Notes under the pieces: generated by a model
What the model was told of the DNA's origin: nothing
The model's input: only the letters and a program-made list of their open reading frames with translations
Database searches by the model: none
Made by a program: the position numbers and the translations under genes
Shown: one piece after another, positions 19,406 through 27,304 of the stretch
Layout of the letters: each line of letters begins with the position of its first letter
Position numbering within the stretch: position 1 is the first letter of the stretch
Assembly (NCBI GenBank): GCA_002293625.1
Contig: DBDP01000124.1
Coordinates: 1-39,324 of the forward strand
Length of the DNA: 39,324 nucleotides
Direction of reading: 5' to 3'
Source of the DNA: Clostridiales bacterium UBA929
GTDB lineage: Bacteria > Bacillota > Clostridia > Oscillospirales > UBA929

Positions 19406-20179
19406 TTATTTCTCTGTCGGCGGTTCTTCTATTCTGAACAATCTGCAATAGTCTTTTTGCGCTTCAATCTCGCACTCCGCGATCAAGCGGAGAAAGGCGC
19501 GGTCGCTCGGGTTTTTGTCGCGCTGCGCCGCCTTTAGGGCATCAATGTATTTCTGCCGCCGGATCGGCGGTATGGAGACGATTTGGTAACCGTGGCTGAC
19601 TAAAATCAGGTTCATCAGCAGGCGCGCGGTGCGTCCGTTTCCGTCGGTAAACGGGTGGATATCCACAAGCCTTCGGTGCGCAAACGCCGCCAATTGAAGC
19701 GGGTGTAATGTTTGTTCATTCAGCGAAGCGATAAACTCCGCCATCATCGCTGGGACGTCCTCCGGCTTTGGCGGCAGATAGTCCGTGCCGGATATAAAAA
19801 CCTGAATGTCGCGGTATACTCCGGCTTTTTCCGCGTCAATATCTTGATAAAACAACTTGTGCAACCGTAATATCGTTTCTTCGCTCACGCGAAACGGATC
19901 CCGACGCGCAGCCTCCAGCATAAAATCATAGGCTTTCGCGTGCCCAACCGCTTCGTAACAGTCCCGCAGTGGTTTCCCGCCGACGGTCAACCCGTCTTCC
20001 AGCAAAACCTTCGTTTCCGAGAGCGTGAGGGTGTTGCCTTCCAGGGCGTTGGAGGAGTAGGTTGTGCCGACGCGGAAATAAGCGTCCAGTTCCTTGACCT
20101 CCCCCGGCGCAAGCGGACGACGGCTGTCTATCCAAGCCTTTGTGCGGTCTATGCGGTCAAGCATCGCTTGCAAATTCAA
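19406..20179 (-). CDS. Fic-family protein (class II, internal inhibitory motif)
   Basis: Canonical HPFTDGNGRTARLLMN active-site motif, plus an N-terminal SNALEG matching the (S/T)xxxE(G/N) autoinhibitory helix. The start is TTG 20179 (GGAGGG 4 nt upstream) or ATG 20164. Confidence 0.9.
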   Translation of the reverse strand: MNLQAMLDRIDRTKAWIDSRRPLAPGEVKELDAYFRVGTTYSSNALEGNTLTLSETKVLLEDGLTVGGKPLRDCYEAVGHAKAYDFMLEAARRDPFRVSEETILRLHKLFYQDIDAEKAGVYRDIQVFISGTDYLPPKPEDVPAMMAEFIASLNEQTLHPLQLAAFAHRRLVDIHPFTDGNGRTARLLMNLILVSHGYQIVSIPPIRRQKYIDALKAAQRDKNPSDRAFLRLIAECEIEAQKDYCRLFRIEEPPTEK

Positions 20180-20372
20180 TCACCCTCCGTGTTCATAATT
20201 TTGAAATTCCGCAGGGGCGATTCGCAATCGCCCGCGTGAAAAATGTTGGGGATGAGGGAACGGCGGGGATATCACGAACGATCGTGGGCGATCGTCCCTA
20301 CGGAGACGGAACTACGGCGGACGCGCAATGCGCACCCCTATCTCGACCCTTCACCGCCGGGGGATGCTTTCC

Positions 20373-21452
20373 CTACAATTTCACGACGCCCTTCCGCCAT
20401 TCGCCGCCCGCCGCCTCGGGGCGCGGCATACACAGCGTCAGCTGGTCGGTGACGGAAGCCTCCAAGGCAAGCTGGCCGCGGTGTGCCGCCGGGCGGCTGA
20501 TGATCGGCGTATTGACCTTCGCAAGCAATTCCCCTCCCCGTTTGCCGAATCCGAGTAAACGGATATGTGGCGGCGGAGAGGTGTCCGTAAGACCCAAAAA
20601 TGCCGCCATCACGCAGCGGCGTATCCGCGCCATCGTATACCGCTTCGTCTTTGCGAGCCGGTACAGCTCCGGCAGGGAGCGCGCGCCGACCGAGGCGTGG
20701 TAAAGACGCTGTGCCAACCCTCCGGCGCCGACGTCCGGCAGCATCAAAAAATCCATCATGCTCATGCGGCGCAGACGGGAAAGCACGGCGCCCTCCTGCT
20801 TCATAAGCGAAATCGGGGCGCGTCCGGCGCGCAATTCCTGCCGCCAAAGCTCCCCGAACGGGATACGCTTCGGAACCGAGCCGGAAAGCACGTGTCTGCG
20901 TATATCCGACGCGGAGCCGCGCCCGTCGTGGGCGGAGCCGCGCCGCGCGATCGGAAGCGGCGTAATGCCGATCCCCCGCAATGCGCGTATGTATTCCAGC
21001 GCGAGAATGTTGTTGGGGGTAAAGAGAGCCGCCGCGTCCGGGAATGCTTTGGGCAGCGCGGCGGCCAATGAGATGTCTTTTGGTAGCGTTGCCGGGACGC
21101 GCTCGCTCAAGTCCTGTAAAACGCCTAAATCCGCTGTCTCCGCGCCGAACGATAAATGGGTGACAAAACCCAAGTTCGCGATGATGTCCACCGCCGCGCG
21201 GGCAAAGGTTTCGGCGGGGGCGCATGCATACGGCGCGGGCAGCTCAAACACAAGGTCAAACCCCGCAGCGAGCGCCATACGCGTCCGCACCGTTTTTTCT
21301 AAAATCGGGAAATCTCCCCGCTGCACGACGTTTCCGCTCATCACGGCCACCAAACCCGTATGTTCGCCCAAGCGTTCGCGAATACAGGCAAGGTGGTACA
21401 GATGCCCCTGATGTAGGGGATTATATTCGGCAATGACGGCGCATACGCTCAT
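20373..21452 (-). CDS. tmcAL: tRNA(Met) cytidine acetate ligase (YlbM/TmcAL-type nucleotidyltransferase)
   Basis: N terminus AVIAEYNPLHQGHLYHL...VMSGNVVQRGDF closely parallels B. subtilis YlbM/TmcAL as recalled. 359 aa. Confidence 0.82.
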   Translation of the reverse strand: MSVCAVIAEYNPLHQGHLYHLACIRERLGEHTGLVAVMSGNVVQRGDFPILEKTVRTRMALAAGFDLVFELPAPYACAPAETFARAAVDIIANLGFVTHLSFGAETADLGVLQDLSERVPATLPKDISLAAALPKAFPDAAALFTPNNILALEYIRALRGIGITPLPIARRGSAHDGRGSASDIRRHVLSGSVPKRIPFGELWRQELRAGRAPISLMKQEGAVLSRLRRMSMMDFLMLPDVGAGGLAQRLYHASVGARSLPELYRLAKTKRYTMARIRRCVMAAFLGLTDTSPPPHIRLLGFGKRGGELLAKVNTPIISRPAAHRGQLALEASVTDQLTLCMPRPEAAGGEWRKGVVKL

Positions 21453-22630
21453 TCGGCGAGACCCGTGACGATTTCGCGCGTATCGTCGGCGATCACCAGC
21501 TCCTCGTCGGTCGGGATCACCAAAATTTTTGAGGGGCTTCCGTCAGCCGAAATCACGCATTCGCCGCGCGCAGCTTGGTTCTTTTCATCGTCAAGCACCA
21601 ACCCCATGAAGTCCAGCCCTTCGCTGATTCTTTTTCGGATGCTCGGATTATTTTCGCCGACTCCGGCCGTGAAAACCAACGCATCGCAGCCGTCCATCGC
21701 GGCGGCAAACGCGCCGACGGTCTTTTTAACCGAATAGGTGAACAAATCCAACGCGTACTCCGCCCGGGGATTGGCGGACGCCAGCAGATCGCGAAAATCG
21801 CTGGATACACCCGAAACGCCCAGCATACCGGATTTTTTATTAAGGATATCAAGCACCTGCGCGGAGGTCAGATTCTCGCGGTTCATCAAGTACTCGATGA
21901 TCGCCGGATCTATATTGCCGCTGCGCGTACCCATCGGGACACCCTCCAGCGGCGTAAAGCCCATCGAGGTATCAACAGAAATGCCGTTTTTAACGGCGGC
22001 AACCGACGAACCGTTACCCATATGGCAGGTTACTGTTTTCAAGTCGTCACGCCCGAGCAACTCGGAAGCGCGGCGCGACACATAGCGGTGCGACGTGCCG
22101 TGGAAACCGTAGCGGCGCACCTTCAGACGCTTGTAGTATTCATACGGAATGGCGTACAGATACGCCATTTTCGGCATGGTTTGATGGAACGCCGTATCGA
22201 AGACGGCGACCTGCGGCACGCCGGGCATAACCTCTTCGCAGGCGCGGATACCAACCAAATTGGGCGGGTTATGGAGCGGCGCAAGGGGTACGCATTCCTC
22301 AATCGCACTGATGACCGGCGGGGTAATTAAAACGCTCGCGGAGAACAGCTCGCCGCCGTGTACAACGCGGTGTCCGATGGCGTCAATCTCGCCCATATCA
22401 TTGATAACGCCGGTTTCGGGTGAGGTCAGCAGCCCGACGACGGCACGGATCGCGTCGGCATGGTTCTGCATCGGGATATCTGCCGTATACTCGCCTTTCC
22501 CCTTGTGTTTTACCCGCCCGTCAATCCCGATCCGTTCACAAATCCCTTTCGCCAAGACGCCGCTTTGGGTCATGTCAAAGAGCTGATACTTCAAGGAAGA
22601 GCTTCCCGCGTTGATCACCAGTATACGCAT
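21449..22630 (-). CDS. ackA: Acetate kinase
   Basis: MRILVINAGSSSLKYQLF, GHRVVHGG, FDTAFHQTMP and GFHGTSH motifs. Start moved to ATG 22630. Confidence 0.95.
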   Translation of the reverse strand: MRILVINAGSSSLKYQLFDMTQSGVLAKGICERIGIDGRVKHKGKGEYTADIPMQNHADAIRAVVGLLTSPETGVINDMGEIDAIGHRVVHGGELFSASVLITPPVISAIEECVPLAPLHNPPNLVGIRACEEVMPGVPQVAVFDTAFHQTMPKMAYLYAIPYEYYKRLKVRRYGFHGTSHRYVSRRASELLGRDDLKTVTCHMGNGSSVAAVKNGISVDTSMGFTPLEGVPMGTRSGNIDPAIIEYLMNRENLTSAQVLDILNKKSGMLGVSGVSSDFRDLLASANPRAEYALDLFTYSVKKTVGAFAAAMDGCDALVFTAGVGENNPSIRKRISEGLDFMGLVLDDEKNQAARGECVISADGSPSKILVIPTDEELVIADDTREIVTGLAE

Positions 22631-22777
22631 AATTTCCCGCCCTTTTACTTGTACTAAAGCGCTTCGCACGCTTTTGTGCTTACAGTCTAGCACAATCGGG
22701 CGGCAACTTCAAGAGGACATTCACTTTACTTTCCCTATTCTTTCCTGTATTATAGTCTGTGATTGGAGGGTCGATGT

Positions 22778-23504
22778 GTGCAGGATAGGTTTCGGGAACT
22801 TGCGGCGCGGCGGGAGATCGCGCTGAAAAAAGATAAACGGCGCAGCAGCGCGCTCGCGAACCTGTTTCGCTGGGAGGCTCTGATCCCCTACGGTCTTCTT
22901 TTGCTTGCTGCGCAGCTGCTCGCATGGCTTCTGGGAATGCGGAGGATTCGAAAGTATATGGGTGTTATGCGCAGCTTGAAATTCGGAGGGTATACAGATG
23001 CTGTAAAGGTAATAACTGCACAGAACTTCAAGGCTGCGAAACTTCGCGACATGCAAGCGCGGCTCAGTGTTTCTGAACGCGCGGTTAAGGCGCTGGGAAG
23101 TATCGCTTCCGCGCTTAGCATTAATGCGGATCGCGGACAGTATGGGGATTTCCACATTCTACGCGGAATTGAAACAAATTAAAACGATTCTCGACATCGC
23201 CGGAGGAGATGTTTTGTTCCTAATCGACGAAATCTTTAAGGGAACGAACTCCACCGACCGCTTGACCGGCGCAAAGACTGTCATCACTATGCTCCGCGTG
23301 ATGGGTGCCGCCGGTTTGGTCTCGACCCACGATCTTGAGCTGTGCGAACTCACGGGGATTCAAAACGTTCATTTCTCAGAGCGGTATGAACAGAATGAGA
23401 TTCTGTTTGATTATCGTTTGAAAGACGGAAAATCCACCACCACCAATGCCCGGCGACTGATGGAGATGGTGGGGATCGTAGAAAATAATTCGCCAATAGT
23501 TTGA
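22778..23504 (+). pseudogene. Remnant of a MutS-related (MutS domain V ATPase) gene, frameshifted and internally deleted
   Basis: Two overlapping ORFs in different frames (22763..23182 and 23067..23504). The second carries the Walker B region and downstream MutS ATPase blocks (DVLFLIDEIFKGTNSTDR, LVSTHDLEL), but no Walker A is present anywhere. The total span of about 245 codons is far shorter than MutS-related proteins. Confidence 0.6.
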
Positions 23505-23528
23505 CGATAGCTTTCATAGAAATAATGA

Positions 23529-23557
23529 TTGACAACCCAAGCGAGTTATGTTACACT
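23529..23557 (+). promoter_or_regulatory. Sigma-70-type promoter TTGACA-17 nt-TACACT for the tRNA pair
   Basis: TTGACA at 23529-23534, a 17-nt spacer, and TACACT at 23552-23557. tRNA-Leu begins 16 nt downstream. Confidence 0.55.
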
Positions 23558-23572
23558 TACCAAGTGACCGTT

Positions 23573-23660
23573 GCCGGAGTGGCGGAACTGGCAGACGCCC
23601 GGGACTTAAAATCCCGTGAACCGTAGGTTCGTACCGGTTCGAGCCCGGTCTCCGGCACCA
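23573..23660 (+). tRNA. tRNA-Leu (anticodon UAA), class II with long variable arm, CCA encoded
   Basis: Folded by eye. Acceptor GCCGGAG/CTCCGGC, anticodon stem CGGGA/TCCCG with loop CTTAAAA, variable arm TGAACCGTAGGTTCGT, T arm ACCGG-TTCGAGC-CCGGT, then A-CCA. Confidence 0.9.
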
Positions 23661-23682
23661 GTGCCGAAACGGCATTTCATAA

Positions 23683-23762
<80 letters not shown>

Positions 23763-23764
23763 AG

Positions 23765-23801
23765 AATCCCTGTAGCCGCAATGGTTACAGGGATTTATCT
23801 T
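23765..23801 (+). terminator. Hairpin AATCCCTGTA-11 nt-TACAGGGATT followed by TATCTT; terminator supplied by the island for the rebuilt tRNA-fMet
   Basis: 10-bp stem read directly, starting 6 nt after the tRNA CCA, with a T-rich tail. Confidence 0.55.
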
Positions 23802-23829
23802 GCCTGCTGCTTATTGGGCTCAAATCGTG

Positions 23830-23851
23830 TTTGTTCAAGTTTTGTTCAAGT
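23830..23851. repeat. Two tandem 11-bp units TTTGTTCAAGT (putative integrase arm-type sites), left arm
   Basis: The 22-bp string is identical to 32768-32789 in the same orientation. It lies between the att core and the integrase stop codon. Confidence 0.75.
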
Positions 23852-23864
23852 GAGCATCAAAAAA

Positions 23865-25280
23865 CTATCCGATGCCCTCTTTTGCACCTTCTGTTTTCTT
23901 CGGCGTCAATACATCATCCAGTATGTCGCTCGCGGCTTCTTCCGCTGTCTTTATAGCGTGAGAATAGATGTTAACCAGCGTGGACGCCTGGGCGTGTCCT
24001 GTCCGGGCTTGAAGTGTCCGAACGTCGACACCGTTTGCAATTTGCAAGCTGCTAAATGTGTGACGGCATGAGTGCGGCGTAAAATGCGGGAGATTGTGCT
24101 TCTCTATAAACTGATCGAGCCAATAGTTGATGGTATCGGGATTGATTGGGTTCCCATTGTACTGAATGAACAGACGATCCTTGTCTCCGACCCATGCGTC
24201 GCCCATCATCAGTTTTTGATTAGCCCACCATGCGCGATACTCTGTGAAAACGGTAAACATGACCGACGGAAGTTTGATTGACCGCTCGCTTGACATATTC
24301 TTTGTGGGAACTTCTGTGATACCGCTCCCCTGTTGATACTGACTTGCACGATTTATGTGTATCATTTGACGGTCAAAGTCAAAATCACGCCATTCAAGGC
24401 CGCATAGTTCACCCCGCCGGATGCCGCTATACAGAAGAAGCAGAATCGCCGTTTTAACCCGTGTGTCGTCCTCTGCAAAAAGCAACCCGACGATATGCCG
24501 TGCCTGTTCCCTGTCGAGATACACGGCTTCTTTGCGCTGCACTTTTGGCGCGGTCGTATGCTCACGCGCCACGTTGAACGGGATGATCCGGCTGCGTTTT
24601 GCTTTCTCTAATATGGCAGAAATAAGCCGGTGGTGGTGTAGGATCGTTTTATCCGACAACCCGGTTGTATTATCCCACACTTGAAAAATATCCTTCACAT
24701 CAGCCTGTAACGCCGTCGCGATTAGCGCGGCTTTTTTTATGCTTATCCGCTTTCCGTCTCGCGCTGTTGCGACAGTGGCGGGAGCAACCCCGGCAAAGCG
24801 CGCTAAAGCTCCGAGTGACAGCTTACGCTTTCCCATTATTCCCTTGAGCTTTGCAGAAGTAGCGTAACGACCTTGCTCTTTGATTCCGGCTTCTTTCAAA
24901 TTCTGATAGAATGCCTCCAAGTGATGGGCTTGTAATTTTTCAATGGGCTTGTGGCCGATCGCTAAATTGATTCTTTTCAACAACTCCGCATATCGGGCGC
25001 GCGTAGTAGGCGCAATCTGCGCCGTTTCCATCCACCGAGCGGCATAATCGGCAAACTTCGTCTTGCCGTCGAGGGACACGACACCCGAGCGGGCGCGCTC
25101 CTCAAACAGCACCGCCTCTTTTTCCGCCTGCTTGTCCGCCGCGCTGGGACGCATACCAGCAGGCGGCCGCCACGTCATGGACTTCGTGATCTGCTTCCCG
25201 CCCGCGCCCTGCTCAATGTAGACACGTATCAAGTAGGAGGCAGAGCCGGACTTATTCAGGCGCTTCGTTATGTTCGGCAT
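23865..25280 (-). CDS. Tyrosine recombinase/phage integrase (471 aa) with an HTH-like insert in the core-binding domain
   Basis: N-terminal arm-binding-like region. Catalytic blocks YSGIRRGEL (Arg I), HSCRHTFSS (HxxR) and GHAQASTLVNIYSH (His...Tyr). AAGGAGG lies 9 nt upstream of ATG 25280. Confidence 0.92.
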   Translation of the reverse strand: MPNITKRLNKSGSASYLIRVYIEQGAGGKQITKSMTWRPPAGMRPSAADKQAEKEAVLFEERARSGVVSLDGKTKFADYAARWMETAQIAPTTRARYAELLKRINLAIGHKPIEKLQAHHLEAFYQNLKEAGIKEQGRYATSAKLKGIMGKRKLSLGALARFAGVAPATVATARDGKRISIKKAALIATALQADVKDIFQVWDNTTGLSDKTILHHHRLISAILEKAKRSRIIPFNVAREHTTAPKVQRKEAVYLDREQARHIVGLLFAEDDTRVKTAILLLLYSGIRRGELCGLEWRDFDFDRQMIHINRASQYQQGSGITEVPTKNMSSERSIKLPSVMFTVFTEYRAWWANQKLMMGDAWVGDKDRLFIQYNGNPINPDTINYWLDQFIEKHNLPHFTPHSCRHTFSSLQIANGVDVRTLQARTGHAQASTLVNIYSHAIKTAEEAASDILDDVLTPKKTEGAKEGIG

Positions 25281-25543
25281 TGGAAGTAGCCTCCTTTTAC
25301 AGGATTAGTATTATTTACCACATAAAGCATTAGGAAGAAAAACAGAGATAATCCACGATAACGTGAGAAATTGCGAGGTGAACCCTTTATCAATATACTG
25401 TTTTGTACTTTTCTATGCTATTCTTTCTGTTTTGCTTTCAAATTTGAAATGCAATTTCCCGAATACGCCAGAATTCCCGGTTTGTCTTAGCCTCAAACAC
25501 CATGTTACCATAAGAGCAACAAGAAAAGCAAGGGGGATTTTCA

Positions 25544-25735
25544 ATGACCGCAAACCAAGAAATCAAGCAAGCGGCGCGAAATGCCGGTATATACCTATGG
25601 GAAGTGGCAGAGGCTTACGGATGTGTGGACACCACATTCTCCCGCAAACTCCGCCGCGAACTGCCGCAATCCGAAAAGGATCGAATTCTTTCCATCATCG
25701 AGCAGCTCCGCGCCGCACAGGAGGCGCAATCGTGA
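25544..25735 (+). CDS. Small (63 aa) HTH-like early regulator candidate (Cro-like position)
   Basis: AAGGGGGA SD 6 nt upstream. GIYLWEVAEAYGCVDTTFSRKLRR resembles a helix-turn-helix. First gene divergent from the integrase. Confidence 0.55.
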   Translation: MTANQEIKQAARNAGIYLWEVAEAYGCVDTTFSRKLRRELPQSEKDRILSIIEQLRAAQEAQS

Positions 25736-25971
25736 CGCCCGCTCGTATGAGGACACTGGACGCGGCAATCGCCCAACTACGGACAGATGACCCCGGTAGC
25801 TGCTTAACCCGTCACGCGCTGCGCAAGATGGTGTTACAGGGCAGGGTTCCCTACGTCCGAGCGGGTGCGAAGTATCTTGTAAACTACGATGGACTGCTCG
25901 CGGCGCTGGCCGGTGACGTTGCCACCGCCGAACCTGACCCGCAGTACGGCGTCATCAGGGCGGTGAAATGA
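25732..25971 (+). CDS. Excisionase-type (MerR/HTH_17-like) DNA-binding protein
   Basis: GTG 25732 with GGAGG 7 nt upstream, forming a GTGA overlap with the upstream stop. LTRHALRKMVLQGRVPYVRAGAKYLVNYDGL is typical of excisionase-family HTH proteins. ATGA overlap with the next gene. Confidence 0.65.
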   Translation: MTPARMRTLDAAIAQLRTDDPGSCLTRHALRKMVLQGRVPYVRAGAKYLVNYDGLLAALAGDVATAEPDPQYGVIRAVK

Positions 25972-27290
25972 TGGACAATTCCACCCGCGCCGCGTGGCTG
26001 GCGGAACGCCGCACGGGCATCGGCGGATCGGACGCCGCTGCCATCCTCGGGCTGAACCCGTGGACAAGCCCTTACACCGTGTGGGCTGATAAGCTGGGAC
26101 TGCTCCCCGAACGCCCTGATAATGAAGCCATGCGTCAAGGAAGGGATTTCGAGCCGTATGTCGCCGAACGGTTCTGTGAGGTTTCCGGGAAGCGCGTCCG
26201 GCGCGTTAACAAAATGCTACGGCATTCGGTGCATACCTTCATGCTCGCGAACATCGACCGCGACATCGTGGGCGAGAGCGCCGGGCTGGAGTGCAAGACC
26301 ACATCTTGCCTCAACATCCGCAACTTCAAGGACGGCGACTTTCCCGCGACGTATTACGCGCAAGCCGTCCACTATATAGCAGTCACCGGCGCGGTGCGGT
26401 GGTATGTCGCGGTGCTGATCCTGAATCAAGGCTTTCATGTTTACCGGCTGACCCGGGTCAGGGATGATCCCCTGCCGGACTGGTGTGTATCCTCCGTTCA
26501 CGTGGGCAACGCCGAGATCGACGCGCTGATCGCCGCCGAGCGGGATTTTTGGCGGATGGTTGAAGCAAAGACACCGCCTCCGGCAGACGGTTCCGCCTCC
26601 ACCGCCGAAACACTGCAAGCTCTCTACGCCGACACGGACGGAAGTACGGCAGAGCTTTTCGGGCGGGAAAGCACCATCCGGGAATACCTCGGCGCGGTGA
26701 TGACCGCCGCCCAGCTCGGGCTGGAGCCAAATACTCCGCTCGGGCAGGCGTATCTCATCCCCTATTTCAACAGCAAGGAGAAACGGCTGGAATGTCAGTT
26801 CCAGCTTGGTTACAAGGGGTTGATCGATCTTGCGTACCGCTCCGGCGGGGTGAAATCCATCCAAGCACACACGGTGTATGCCAACGACGCCTTTACATAT
26901 TCTTTCGGGTTGGAGCCGGAACTGAAACACGTTCCGGCGAGCGGCGAACGCGGGGAGCCGGTTTACTTCTATGCTGTGTGGCACGGTAGAGACGGCGGCT
27001 ACGGCTTTGAGGTCGCCAGCGTCGAGGATATACGCGCCCACGCGAGACGGTATAGCAAATCGTATAACAACGGCCCGTGGCAAACGAATTTCGACGATAT
27101 GGCGAAAAAAACGATCTTGATGCGCGTCTTGAAGTACGCGCCGCTTAAAACGGACTTCATGCGCGGGCTGGCGGCGGATGGTACAGTCAAGACCGAAATC
27201 ACCGACGATATGTACAGCGTCCCGAGCGTCTATGTTGACGGCGACACAGGGGAAGTGGTTGATGTGGAGTATCAACCGACGGAAGCATAA
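25968..27290 (+). CDS. Single-polypeptide fusion of a YqaJ-type PD-(D/E)xK exonuclease and a RecT-type annealing protein
   Basis: The N-terminal half has RTGIGGSDAAAILGLNPWTSPYTVW, NIDRDIVGESAGLECKT (D...ExK) and YYAQAVHYIAVTG. The C-terminal half has AAQLGLEPNTPLGQAYLIPY, QFQLGYKGLIDLAYRSG, NNGPWQTNFDDMAKKTILMRVLKYAP. One uninterrupted 440-aa frame. Confidence 0.85.
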   Translation: MMDNSTRAAWLAERRTGIGGSDAAAILGLNPWTSPYTVWADKLGLLPERPDNEAMRQGRDFEPYVAERFCEVSGKRVRRVNKMLRHSVHTFMLANIDRDIVGESAGLECKTTSCLNIRNFKDGDFPATYYAQAVHYIAVTGAVRWYVAVLILNQGFHVYRLTRVRDDPLPDWCVSSVHVGNAEIDALIAAERDFWRMVEAKTPPPADGSASTAETLQALYADTDGSTAELFGRESTIREYLGAVMTAAQLGLEPNTPLGQAYLIPYFNSKEKRLECQFQLGYKGLIDLAYRSGGVKSIQAHTVYANDAFTYSFGLEPELKHVPASGERGEPVYFYAVWHGRDGGYGFEVASVEDIRAHARRYSKSYNNGPWQTNFDDMAKKTILMRVLKYAPLKTDFMRGLAADGTVKTEITDDMYSVPSVYVDGDTGEVVDVEYQPTEA

Positions 27291-27304
27291 GGAGGAACTA
27301 CGGC

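Noticed and set aside
20215-20233. Hairpin GGGCGATT-cgc-AATCGCCC between tmcAL and fic, considered as an intrinsic terminator.
   Set aside because: The loop is only 3 nt, and on the transcribed (minus) strand the stem is not followed directly by a U tract; the T run lies on the wrong side. It is kept only as a note within the Fic finding.
22651-22690. cre (CcpA)-like site upstream of ackA around the palindrome AAGCGCTT (22657-22664).
   Set aside because: Only the central 9 of 14 consensus positions match when aligned by eye, and both outer TG/CA ends are wrong. This is too weak to call without a scoring matrix.
25363-25731. N-terminal two thirds of the 202-aa ORF 25363..25971.
   Set aside because: This part runs through the AT-rich control region and overlaps the better-supported 63-aa gene in another frame. 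Only the last 79 codons (from GTG 25732, which has its own GGAGG) look like a real excisionase-type protein.
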